A DNA stretch of 64,000 nucleotides. Source: a virus. Lineage: Duplodnaviria; Caudoviricetes. The translations under genes and the position numbers were made by a program. Below are positions 50,001 to 55,886 of the stretch, piece after piece. The notes under the pieces are model-generated. The model did not search any database, had not been told where the DNA came from, and saw only the letters and a program-made list of their open reading frames with translations. The stretch's first letter is position 1. Each line of letters begins with the position of its first letter. The stretch is from IMG/VR virus record IMGVR_UViG_2912740531_000001, positions 8,142-72,141 of that record; one strand, given 5' to 3'.

Positions 50001-50783
50001 GTTGCGGTCCTTGAAGTCGCCTGCCATGTCCATGCGCTGGCCGGTCCCAATGGCGGTCAGGTACCAGCGACGGGTTGTGTCGTCGCGGAGGGCGAGCAGC
50101 CTGCCATTCGCGGTGGCCTGCAGTTCCTTCTCGACGGCCAGGTGCCGCAGGAACGTGGCCATGGCGGGCTTTTGACCGGGGTGCTCAGCGAGCTGCAGAA
50201 GGTGCCGACGGACAGCAGCGATGTCTTTGAACCGGTGGTTTCCAGGCGAGTTGATCAGCCGATTAGGCAGGTGATCGATGTCAACGACCTCGGGCTGGTC
50301 ATCGTCGTCGTCGGGTCCGTCTCCGTCGTCGTCACCGATGGGGCGGCCCTGATCGTCGGTGTTGTGTGGATCGTTGGGGGTGTCGGGGTCCCCGTCGTCG
50401 TCCCGGCGCAGGCCGTTGCCGCGGCGCGGGTCCTTCGTGCGCCGCTCGTCCTCGGCAACGACCTTGTCCTCGTTGTCCGTGGGCGCGGTGCCGTCGGGCC
50501 GGGCAACCATGGACACCCACTTGGCGCTGGTGGTGTGCCGTCGGCCGCGGAACTCGTTCGGGCCACTCTGGTCCTGGACGAGGACGCGGTCGTTGGGAAG
50601 CGCACGGACAACGCGTGCGAGCTTGCCACCCCACAAGCGAACCGTTCCGCCGGTCTCGATAAACCTGCCCTTGCTGTCGCGTGGGTGCAGGGCGGGGTTC
50701 CACTTACGGCGGGCAGCCTTGACCTCGAGGTCGTCACTCAGGTCCTGCAACTCAGCGTGCGCAGCAGCGGGGCGATTCAGCAT
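38049..50783 (-). CDS. Giant 4244-aa multi-repeat head-associated protein
   Basis: Single 12.7-kb open frame with host-like codon usage; N-terminal WNPALHPRDSKGRF; many internal repeats; between portal-MuF and protease; start re-called at ATG 50783. Confidence 0.9.
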   Translation of the reverse strand: MLNRPAAAHAELQDLSDDLEVKAARRKWNPALHPRDSKGRFIETGGTVRLWGGKLARVVRALPNDRVLVQDQSGPNEFRGRRHTTSAKWVSMVARPDGTAPTDNEDKVVAEDERRTKDPRRGNGLRRDDDGDPDTPNDPHNTDDQGRPIGDDDGDGPDDDDDQPEVVDIDHLPNRLINSPGNHRFKDIAAVRRHLLQLAEHPGQKPAMATFLRHLAVEKELQATANGRLLALRDDTTRRWYLTAIGTGQRMDMAGDFKDRNEASSFAYFLDRHVRSGTGDGLGPDSRVFDFTDPNLDEVARTWQSSRGENIRAAIERARQEFDSSKKKPAAKKPAAARPRPSEPVAPAADAGSAAPVSREALKPGDRVKVTVSSSDIEWPMSTRNQPKPGTVTVEGTVAPTFSGGPGTRGAPLVDVTLTGPDGKVMVSGDTARVLRMPSQVAVSGHTDGFTPEELRADRVRVGDVIARGEFGHVVGRIDRYQGGRTFTTRNLGGRGEIDQFGTRPGDTLTVVPKARRRPEDVLRDVPDRTQQHPNSGDAKRAAARVLSDWGKVNELAEQQWPDGAPEEFRTLAQHMQNVTDTPKGTDGYQENADAMHGALTALHELDTEGVTQDLAKALHRLEEGLDDNADRFEADSRAITEKKRKRTAAESDAPKPDVPQPDAPEANTTVTLTPDEVSPQIDAVRPEGSKAPSSMDDGEIRDEIVSLMEREMANGGELSGVDRTRLRVLEAEEARRAGRKPKEEPKPKPKAPAEEPGGLFDVGPEEQQQFVADPNNPDDQADDPFGTPDMFADAEGRDTSKLRPPQSRKPMDFEEGDRFVDTQGRTHTVAEPPLRTPRGRIRVVDENGGEHFLAADRELRVLHPDEDAPEVPETDAPEGAAPSADSPAGETPEAEAPAPDAADAPSDADAPAAAEPAAAPNQVTIDHSGTGTVVRFPTPNGMVSDEEFAVLRSLGFKASRDRTQPRFFYLPSNMTLSRREDKVRRLKEWLDGRNVAYQAPEESTEKPELSEEQLEQLQGHYFAPAGTWAVTDFLPGDEVWTGRSWDTVDSIGPKNLRLQGRGPTPYDSVLARRRGGEIRTMFDEPADDGTPRPGATDPKTMRDDQIAAELAHLEGATLPEGNDPAARTVRRQVSARIHALTTARSERNFARRRDESHRRALASLVRDPAALAAKKAEQVQGRDGAPIGIVYQEKKGKWLFVDRDGRTPTSERYKTRAAAITALNKLTDARNERAGEGWKHSAWDDVQPDDTIRVPELGRSEDNRRRVVTGWSEPLEVSEIRRGDMGQVLITGRSGDEDVELEVPRTDATFGTAKPGIVPDREPSDAGDGLPWTQMTPDDFGQDERPAPTADPNAPRPTDEFGTPDLITNGTPDTPEAPGTAEGSDGPETSDTPGDETETARTVLDRLPELPPLPNLTGLSRQHKDDVRRIRGDYAKIRESLDGILAGDPPTGDAREDLRRVREQLDYVAGRLTRDLLPESDEAQSVRAGLFDLGQDLDRALAALPEREPEPQGDGPNGGTLFHPWDIRDGDLVRFDAENPADRDRSLAPYYGTFKGRAASASGDQGRTLVTYQSRRWNDDRQQWEPGDPTQHTVTMPPRGLVERFTPEQWDAWQRPGQSEDRDTADSATAPDAPIRDTSPADMTDEDIQAELEELQAWQNRHVSRTGEGPRIQGNAMLALSPVASRRGKLHEEQRNRDNARRDREKKEKKKQERAEALARAEIGKRNDDGSYPVTVDGEDAGTVSQLARKWRYTNADGQDSPDSYARRAEAVAALVRNRDVRRENADEDARREQARSEAPEGWALGDRDDVAENDVIRVPITRQDGNGRPYPVGWRQPVRVNSVSRNDNGTMVLSVSNLDGSRSDISPVFLSHPDDTFAWASDRTRPEPTPAWRHELRARMADIGDDIATLQSREGLQDPERIQRLQDLIQRVSRGETDDLQGDLRQIRDEAAWLESQFDDPDLELPYETRRTRSWATAARMKAERDLRYPDFQNTDGNADGPDNGPDLDGPNDDDRAGRAQGLFGEGMNAVGGESLPEMQELVDRLDRADSSEDRDAELRDIADRIDALAEQYELAGPQGELAADRFRRAARIARGEQDDSDERRGDDPDGQDDDRSTDGASNDGQDDDNRNEATDGGAQEGEEDEQQNDDQDDEERRQRNRDGDLDGGAADPDGEPDGGDAGTPDGDDSNDSSSGEGDGPESEDNDQDAPEGDEDDEKRRRRRRRRRDRGGNGGPGGGGPGGPGLPHLNLPDFNVPDATGDGGEGGSGSSGNRDGGRSRRSRHRDVDSLRNAWRTGEDLTAAEDTPERRSHLAELADREGLALSPEGGLAVYPEPQADGSTVWRFAQARNGTNLPGLTLTSDDPEEARTLAGRFEEITDRNGDPFDWHQPWGPASALAWRDGEGRSLPQALRAVQDDYEQERSGAFTLPEDLSTLSDPELEAAYRQGLGPDDELRVMAEMDRRDGYVDERIRAAVPDTPPADAEEAERRGRAMDEALGFGDTDVTQPASAAPGRLRREFDALDEERFQAAMEATGGRMLSSEAEAQGIDPRAVFSGTKYSNKRAKELASPELNLWIDGDDENVGHGRLTYPQYRQREADRVLRAEFADWDEARYRQAVDFTNGYFFKREYKFGALPFDERELFSGGSLSARDRWRQYASEELQEWFDNNGGRQTFAQFKQSRRDGDRRDRDLFEEEQRRAAETESGAPDDTAPFTADDVTPPPPFNPADVESEEDAAFRFGGHDRMKEFADRAELRPAGESESVWLDGQQIGTISNLYRSDPDREPVWDAHPFFGLDHDLNSRSQSRDTAIANLVIRALQDGPADPANPSDDVWDTVTVHLAGMTRELPELPESLRNNPEARARYERLTGTVDAFRDQRSPSGDLRDDLVQARDDFAWLRGLLPDTQRGGEQRDVLNDLDARAFWARRLLEGLGGPDSDTERPRAEDEPQGDGTTPSPAVPTPEPVKDPEDTVRPPAEPEPEPDPEPIGGQPAHWARVEDLVPGDMVRMNGTTKNGRPVQRAGYVHQGPVLVDVTRRGRTDQMWRTWVTENPDGTGASGNVYTSVNATAARAEAPDDVVPGSPASGAQAALRSGDLPDQIPTDGGGRGLFPGSTVTSTDDRGGTVTGATDTTVSVHWSDGNDDTAVSPTTVTVTYGQRPDGWTADGHRVTTQSVVSDNDGALLGPVDDVDGDTVTITTADGTITRSAGDLRVTGEVRDDAPEPVTGIDEPAAADLKDGDVVVLDLDGHLATVAITGEPSRDGDRVTLQYADTTTGEMGEIDVDARAVLPRAQGPDGGAPELGPDDAPRPADDLTVHPAPYTVEPVTGPTVDPDLTAGDRDVIGDHADGPEDNPDAHQAAVRITADLPVTPEQASALATQLRAAADPSTLEGRAALRAADHLDRAAGRTPPEGLDRPRPSNAAQVGDGDLVAMPDERRGDQVRVFRIIDAEDGPGGVRSFLLEDQENQQWRRRVVHGAMPVWQLPEAEPDPVTPPDVDDTDTTPDAPTTPATPDTLSSPDEPSVPVARVRPGSLRDGDVIDAPVSRTGYQFNGHRRLTIIGEPQRNGWWTQLTGMDEEGNVHDFGLHNGRTVNVYDRNRPTPALPPVGTPRDPNQVQQADVDRIVSDHARSLAARIIDEATAGTEPPGDIHALREQIAQRLTPEALSDARQATRRHAAAALDAAGITGRDRAAAQRRLRDTREQAHTDTVRAALRTINDLEPLPDESDEDLAARARDLLRLIPDQVAGRPSTTDPDSDPDVTQAVTGHADDAVNALLQQLQAAGVDPGDAERIARILTQHMAGSRQATARRIAARVAAASPDAGRQPGLLARIVALLIRMTKRLAELVKAGARKIAEKYSTARERLARLRAFLGRMVRRVRQWPESRRLARLHRAVNLPDADGESLAARISHWAGLMPEPGRFGQAQQRVTFRRPTTWGRLAAGRLPDRSDRIQWAPDRAADGGPGLTALRHMAALRAAGSDVDQDVTRRLSAALGDDFGDDPHATLQHADDYVATSERRLVNLQAARSGSTIPDDPDLEVEIDAARMELTAARREYAGLRARYAAAVPDAVAAALADIRDMGPEGNAAIVFGPDTNPDAERAVRGVQRLIPRAWLNTPESRRLTAVDGTQGRYEPEGQRITVADLADEGLGTAGHALAQHFARHLGDLDAAQRAFWFTRTHTGRPGARRMRRSALDRLLRRQQTQPETGDSLARSVQAMFNGDWYQDDDLRAFLLGLMATR

Positions 50784-50809
50784 GCCGCGGACCATGCACA
50801 CCGGAGGTG

Positions 50810-50821
50810 GTTAGCGTCGCG
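50810..50821 (-). promoter_or_regulatory. Phage promoter motif copy (CGCGACGCTAAC-N13-CATGGT), probably leaderless
   Basis: ATG of the giant gene lies 7 nt after the -10 box. Confidence 0.78.
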
Positions 50822-50855
50822 CCGTGCTGATCGGGCGCGACGCCGTGATCGCGGC

Positions 50856-51107
50856 TTACATGGTCTCGGTGAGGATGTGCAGCAGGAACCACGCCGCGCC
50901 TCCGCCCAGAATGACGGTGAACAGCGCGCGGCCCGCCTTGGAGCTGCGGATCCGGAACAGCTTGCGGGTGTTCTCGCTGAGCGTGTCGTCGTCCTTCTTG
51001 TTGAATAGCGCGATGGCCTCGTAGACGAAGAAGAACGCCGTCCATGAGCCCCAGAGAAGTGCGCTGGTGTTCCTGCGGATGAAGGCGAGGGTGCGTCTCA
51101 CAGTCAC
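50856..51107 (-). CDS. Small two-TM membrane protein
   Basis: GTGA overlap with the portal stop; DTLSE motif between two hydrophobic helices. Confidence 0.65.
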   Translation of the reverse strand: MTVRRTLAFIRRNTSALLWGSWTAFFFVYEAIALFNKKDDDTLSENTRKLFRIRSSKAGRALFTVILGGGAAWFLLHILTETM

Positions 51108-53566
51108 TCCTTGGGGCCGGTGTCGTAGTGCAGGCGGCAACGGCAGTTGATGGTCAGGGCGATCGGAGCGAAGGGGTCGCCGGGGTACCGGAGCTGGGCG
51201 CCGTCGATCTCGTACGGGGTACCAACGGGCAGGGTTTTGCCGTGCAGTGCCTTGTGCGCGGGCCGTACGCGGTCGTCCTGGCGCGTGATCCACGTCCGGA
51301 CGACTCCGGGCCCGGCACTCTCCGCCGCGGCGTCAGCGGCCCCGTTGATGGTCGACACGGCGCACGTCTCCGCGATCCGTTCGACCCAGCCGAGTCCGGC
51401 GCGCTCGTAGAACCGGCCGACCGTCCGCTCCAGGTCCTCGAGCCTGAGCTCCGCCTCCGGGATGGTCTGGAGACTGCGCAGTTCCTCGGCCAGGTCGCCG
51501 AGCAGCGCGGCTACGGCCTGGCCGGCGTACAGCGCGGTGATGAGAGCAGAGGCGACGGCAGTCGAGGGAGCCGTGTCGGTGCCGGCGATGGCCTGGCCGA
51601 GCCTGCGGGCTGTGGTGGTCGCGGCCTGCTGCAGGATCGGGGCGAGGGTGTTCGTCGTCTCCTCTTCCCAGCGGGCCGCACTGACGACGCGGTCTTCGTC
51701 GATATTCGCGTCGCCGACCCGGGTGTCGTTCTCGTTCTCCGGCTCCCAGAACCGCGTGTACTTGCGGATCTTCGGCGCGCGGAGCCGGGCGATGATGACC
51801 CCCTGCTGGCGTGCCAGAAGCGCAGTGAGGGCTGCCTGTATGGCCATGGAGAGGGCGTCGAAGTCGGTGTCGGTGACCTCGAAGCCCTCGACGGGCAGTG
51901 CCTTGGTCTCGAGATGGGCGCGCGCCTTCTCGACGTCCTCGGCGGCGGGGCCGGACTCGGGCTGGATGGTGGTGGCGAGGGCACGCGCCACATCGCCGGC
52001 AGCGTCTCCCGGGGCGGCTTCGGTGACTTCGGCGCGCGCCGCGGCAACGTCATCGGCCGCGGTCAGGGCCGGGCCGGAAGGCAGCTCGAGGGGCGCCTGC
52101 CCGCGGGCCATGGCAACGTCGTCAGCGGCGGTCGGGGCCAGTTCGAGTGCGCGGGCCTCGGCGACCGCCGCGGCGGCGGACTGGTCCCCGCCTGCTGCGG
52201 GCAGTGCGGCGTTCGGGTCGGCTCCAAGGCCGCCGCCGGCACCGGGTTCCGGGGCGAGGCCGAGCGCGGCGGCGTCCTGGTCGTTGGCCGGGACGGGGGC
52301 CTTCTGCGGGCTGATCCACAGGGCGCGGGACTGAGGAACGTTGAACCTGGGGCGCCCGGCGATGTCGCGGTACTCGTCGATGGTGATCAGACCCGCCTCG
52401 AACTCCTTGCGGGCCTCCTCGCGGGCCTGACGGCGGGGGAACTCGAGGGCCTGCACACCGCTGGTGTCGAAGCGGATCACCCAGTCGTCGGACAGTTCCG
52501 GGTCGAACGCCGACGCGATGAGGTTGAGGTGGGGCAGTTCGGTGTGGTCCCAGAAGTTCCACTCTTCGCGGTCGGCGTTGTTGAACGTCCGCTCGGAGGC
52601 GTTTCCGATGACGCTCTCGTAGACGCCGAACGAGGAGAGGATCTCGTTCTTCGCAGTGCTGGACAGCGTCTCGTAGGCCATCTCTCGCGGGCGGGCGGAG
52701 GTGTCGACGTAGGTAACACCACCGGGTCCTGTCCCGACGAGGGTGAGCTGCCCGGCATTGTGCGCGCCCGGGGCGAGGCGCTTCTGGATTCGCTCGACTT
52801 CGTTGGCGTCGACGCCGTCCAGGTCGATGCCGACGATGCCGCCGGGGCGGCCGTCGTTGTCGATAAAGCTGATGTTGTATGTGCGGGCCTTCACGTCCAG
52901 GTCGACCGACAGCCCGGCGGCCTCGAGCGGGGTCACGCCGCAGAAAGGATCGGTCGGGTGTGGATCACGCAGCCAGATGACGTACTTCGGCTTGAGCTCC
53001 CGGATGCTCCCGTTGTAATCCGTGAACTCGAAGTGCTTCACGTAGCTGGCGTTCTCGTCGTCCGGGATGATCTGGACGCGATCCGGTGGTAGCAGGTCAA
53101 GCCTGACCAGGACTCCGCCGCGGCTGTAGGTCTTCTCGATGAACACGCCCTTTTTGCTGAGTAGCAACTGGGCGCTGAGTCGCTTCTTGAAGACGTCGCC
53201 GGTCTCCAAGGGGTTGGCCTGCTTGTTCAGCAGCTTCAACAGCGGGTGGTCCTGGAGGACTTCCTCGAACTGCCGCTCGTCGCCGCCGCGGCCGATCTGC
53301 ACCGGCAGGGTGGAGGCGTGCTTGCTGATCGCCTCGACGCTCTTGAAGGTCCAGATGGAGCGTTCGTAGCCCTCGATGATGACGCGCTCGAGGTCCCAGC
53401 CGTCCGCGCGGCCGGGGGTGCCCCACACGTTCGTGACGCCGGCGTACGACATGGACGTGTAGACGCCCCCGGCGAGGAGGTCCTTAGTCTCCGCGGGTGC
53501 GGACGGCGGCTCGGCTGTTCTGGGGGCGAGTAGCCCGCGGAGAGTGGGGAGGAACTGGCGGGGCAT
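51104..53566 (-). CDS. HK97-family portal protein fused to a C-terminal MuF-like domain
   Basis: HPLLKLLNKQANP, LLPPDRV, GVTPLEAA, ITIDEYR portal motifs; RTWITRQDDRVRPAH and NCRC MuF motif. Confidence 0.9.
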   Translation of the reverse strand: MPRQFLPTLRGLLAPRTAEPPSAPAETKDLLAGGVYTSMSYAGVTNVWGTPGRADGWDLERVIIEGYERSIWTFKSVEAISKHASTLPVQIGRGGDERQFEEVLQDHPLLKLLNKQANPLETGDVFKKRLSAQLLLSKKGVFIEKTYSRGGVLVRLDLLPPDRVQIIPDDENASYVKHFEFTDYNGSIRELKPKYVIWLRDPHPTDPFCGVTPLEAAGLSVDLDVKARTYNISFIDNDGRPGGIVGIDLDGVDANEVERIQKRLAPGAHNAGQLTLVGTGPGGVTYVDTSARPREMAYETLSSTAKNEILSSFGVYESVIGNASERTFNNADREEWNFWDHTELPHLNLIASAFDPELSDDWVIRFDTSGVQALEFPRRQAREEARKEFEAGLITIDEYRDIAGRPRFNVPQSRALWISPQKAPVPANDQDAAALGLAPEPGAGGGLGADPNAALPAAGGDQSAAAAVAEARALELAPTAADDVAMARGQAPLELPSGPALTAADDVAAARAEVTEAAPGDAAGDVARALATTIQPESGPAAEDVEKARAHLETKALPVEGFEVTDTDFDALSMAIQAALTALLARQQGVIIARLRAPKIRKYTRFWEPENENDTRVGDANIDEDRVVSAARWEEETTNTLAPILQQAATTTARRLGQAIAGTDTAPSTAVASALITALYAGQAVAALLGDLAEELRSLQTIPEAELRLEDLERTVGRFYERAGLGWVERIAETCAVSTINGAADAAAESAGPGVVRTWITRQDDRVRPAHKALHGKTLPVGTPYEIDGAQLRYPGDPFAPIALTINCRCRLHYDTGPKE

Positions 53567-53913
53567 CAGGCCCCCTCGGACTCACGGCCGGTGGTGAGCG
53601 CCAGGCCAGCCGCAGTCACTGCGAGGGCGACGCCGATCCAGCCGAGGGGCACGCATAGCGCGAACGCGCAGCCGGTCAGACCGCTGTAACCGACGCCAAC
53701 GGCTGTCCAGCGCAGGATGTGGGCAGCGCGTGAGGCGTCGGGCTTGGGGGCGATCAGCAGGCCCGTGGCGAGGATCCCGCCCATGGCGGCGGAGAGGCCT
53801 GCGGCCCAGTGGAGTGCGCCCAGCGCCACAAGGACACCGAGCACGCCGAAGGCGGTGAGGCACAGACCGGCGGCTTCGCGGGCGAGGGCCCTGGAGGTTC
53901 GCTGAGTAGTCAC
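53566..53913 (-). CDS. Small membrane protein upstream of the portal
   Basis: Four hydrophobic segments; start re-called at GTG 53913. Confidence 0.7.
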   Translation of the reverse strand: MTTQRTSRALAREAAGLCLTAFGVLGVLVALGALHWAAGLSAAMGGILATGLLIAPKPDASRAAHILRWTAVGVGYSGLTGCAFALCVPLGWIGVALAVTAAGLALTTGRESEGA

Positions 53914-53939
53914 GCCGCGCACCATGAACAGCGGGCGGC

Positions 53940-53951
53940 GCTAGTGTCGCG
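53940..53951 (-). promoter_or_regulatory. Phage promoter motif copy (CGCGACACTAGC-N13-CATGGT), probably leaderless
   Basis: GTG lies 7 nt after the -10 box; first promoter of the head module. Confidence 0.78.
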
Positions 53952-53957
53952 TGCTGC

Positions 53958-54482
53958 TCAGCGCTTGGGGCGGGAGACCCCGGACATGTAGGCGCTGATG
54001 CCGCGCCGGTTGATCGTGCCGCCGGGGATGATCCGCGCGTTGGGTGGCGGGGTGGGGATCTTCCGCTTCGCACGCTGGGTCTTGTCCCCGCCGATCAGAT
54101 GGCTATTGTCGATCTTGGCGGCGCAGTCATCGCCCTTGACCTCGTCGTACGGCCGACGGCAGCCCTTGCAATAGACCTCGAGCGCGTCGACGCGCTGTCC
54201 CTCGGTGGCTTTGAACGAGCCGCGGTAGTCGGCGACGCTCGCGATCTTCGGCGTGACCTCGACCTCGGCGGCCACAACCCAGACGTGGGAGAGGTCCGGC
54301 GCTTCGGGTTCGGCGGCGGGCTCCGATGGGGGAGTGGTCTGCTGCTCGGGTGTGGGCCCCGGCGTGGCGGCCGGGGGCGCGACCGGCTGGGAGTCCGGCT
54401 CGGGTTCGAGCCAGGCGAAAAGGCTGTCCTGCAGATGGGAGCGGCCGGTCTCGGGCGAGAGGGGGGCTGTCGCGGTCGTCAC
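53958..54482 (-). CDS. Hypothetical protein with possible zinc site
   Basis: RBS GGAGG; YCKGC with further C and H, and a basic C-terminus. Confidence 0.7.
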   Translation of the reverse strand: MTTATAPLSPETGRSHLQDSLFAWLEPEPDSQPVAPPAATPGPTPEQQTTPPSEPAAEPEAPDLSHVWVVAAEVEVTPKIASVADYRGSFKATEGQRVDALEVYCKGCRRPYDEVKGDDCAAKIDNSHLIGGDKTQRAKRKIPTPPPNARIIPGGTINRRGISAYMSGVSRPKR

Positions 54483-54501
54483 CGTTCCTCCGGATCACTG
54501 C

Positions 54502-54525
54502 GGGGTTGACGTAAAGTGCAACCCC
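54502..54525. promoter_or_regulatory. Operator-like inverted repeat GGGGTTG-N10-CAACCCC
   Basis: Just upstream of the RBS of 53958-54482. Confidence 0.4.
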
Positions 54526-54600
54526 CTTCACTGCCGGAACGCCAACGGCCGTGTTCTGTTACACCTGCAGCCCGACGCACCGGAGTGCGCCGGGCACATG

Positions 54601-55116
54601 TCATTGAGACGCGAGCTCGGCGGGATACGAATTCTGCACAACACCGTCTTCCAGGTAGACGGTCTCGTCGATGGCAAGTGCCTGCAGAGCGAAAAGGACC
54701 CGCGGCCTCGCCATAGTGGGCAGCCGGCTAATGACGACATCAGTGGGCAACACACGCAGCTCCCCACGCGGATCTCGGTAGGTGAGCGGGGTAACGTCAC
54801 CGCGGGACATGGAAGCGGTCGCGAGGACGTGTGTGATGACCTTCCGCCGCCGCATCTGCTTCTGGTCCAGCACGACGCGCCGCAGAACAGGGATTCCGCT
54901 CATTGCGCCACCTAGAACGTGCTGGGCTGCCTGCCACGGACTCTCTCCCACGTGGACGGCGTCGACGGGTAACACGATGCTGCCCAGGGTCTCGGCCACC
55001 AGCAAGCAATCAGCCCCGACCGGGACGAGGAGCTGAACGCCGACCACCGGCGGCCGCCAGTTCTCGTATCCACCGCGACGGCGTGCCGCAGGTATCGCAG
55101 CCGTGGCCGGCATCAC
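54601..55116 (-). CDS. Degenerate NUDIX-fold protein
   Basis: LPVDAVHVGESPWQAAQ resembles an eroded Nudix box; C-terminal TVYLEDG. Confidence 0.55.
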   Translation of the reverse strand: MMPATAAIPAARRRGGYENWRPPVVGVQLLVPVGADCLLVAETLGSIVLPVDAVHVGESPWQAAQHVLGGAMSGIPVLRRVVLDQKQMRRRKVITHVLATASMSRGDVTPLTYRDPRGELRVLPTDVVISRLPTMARPRVLFALQALAIDETVYLEDGVVQNSYPAELASQ

Positions 55117-55886
55117 GCCGGATCGCCTTGTACTGCGGCCACGATCTCATCGAGATGCCGCGGCTGGCTGGTGCTGGGAATGGGCACCACGTGCGGGCCC
55201 TGGCCCAGAAGCCAGTGCAGAGGAGCAGCGGGCCCGTACGCCCGAGCCAAGTTTCCGGCGGCGAGCGGCCTGTAGGCCACGTAAGGGATGCTGAGATCCT
55301 GACACACCTCCACGACGGGATCGTCGCGGTCGATCTTGTTGAGGACGTTCTGCACCGCGGCGACCGGCTGATCCTTGAGCACCCTGCCGAGGTCCTCGGG
55401 TGTGACCTTCGACAGGCCGATGTGCCCGATCTTCCCCTCGTCCTGCATGGCCTGCATGACGGCGATCTGGTCGTCGAGGGCCACCTCGGGGTCGATGCGG
55501 TGCAGGTAGCACAGCTCCAGCCGGTCGACCTTCAGGCGGCACAGGCTGGCCTCGACGCACGCTCGCAGGTAGAAGGGGTTGCCGAGGGGCACCCACTGGC
55601 CTGGAGCGGGGCGGACCAGTCCGACCTTCGTGGCGATCAGTACGTGTTCCGGGTACGGGTAGAGCGCGTCCCGGATCAGGTGCTCGACGGTGTGGGGGCC
55701 GTACGCGTCGGCGGTGTCGATGTGGCTGATGCCGTGGGTGTGCACGGCGTGGCGGAGGACGCTGAGCGCAGTGTCGCGGTCCGTGGGGTCGCCCCAGGTT
55801 CCGGGGCCGGTCAGGCGCATGGTGCCAAACCCGAGCCGGGACACCGTCTTCCCAGCGATGGTGATGGTGCCTGCGGGCGGAGTCAT
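55113..55886 (-). CDS. Aldo/keto reductase
   Basis: RLGFGTMRL, IDTADAYG, IATKVG, YLHRID, GKIGHIGLS. Confidence 0.92.
   Translation of the reverse strand: MTPPAGTITIAGKTVSRLGFGTMRLTGPGTWGDPTDRDTALSVLRHAVHTHGISHIDTADAYGPHTVEHLIRDALYPYPEHVLIATKVGLVRPAPGQWVPLGNPFYLRACVEASLCRLKVDRLELCYLHRIDPEVALDDQIAVMQAMQDEGKIGHIGLSKVTPEDLGRVLKDQPVAAVQNVLNKIDRDDPVVEVCQDLSIPYVAYRPLAAGNLARAYGPAAPLHWLLGQGPHVVPIPSTSQPRHLDEIVAAVQGDPA

Larger units (their letters stand above)
831..54482. mobile_element. Siphovirus-like prophage / phage-plasmid (boundaries not visible; may extend beyond both ends)
   Basis: Canonical order portal - protease - capsid - neck - major tail - chaperone with frameshift - tape measure - minor tails - holin on the minus strand, plus a replication pair on the plus strand; no integrase or att site seen. 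Confidence 0.9.

Noticed and set aside
47061-51008. 1315-aa plus-strand ORF and other long antisense ORFs (39660-42110, 23701-25662, 21693-23579, 51128-53092, 34707-36599)
   Set aside because: Shadows of high-GC minus-strand genes with no motifs or RBS
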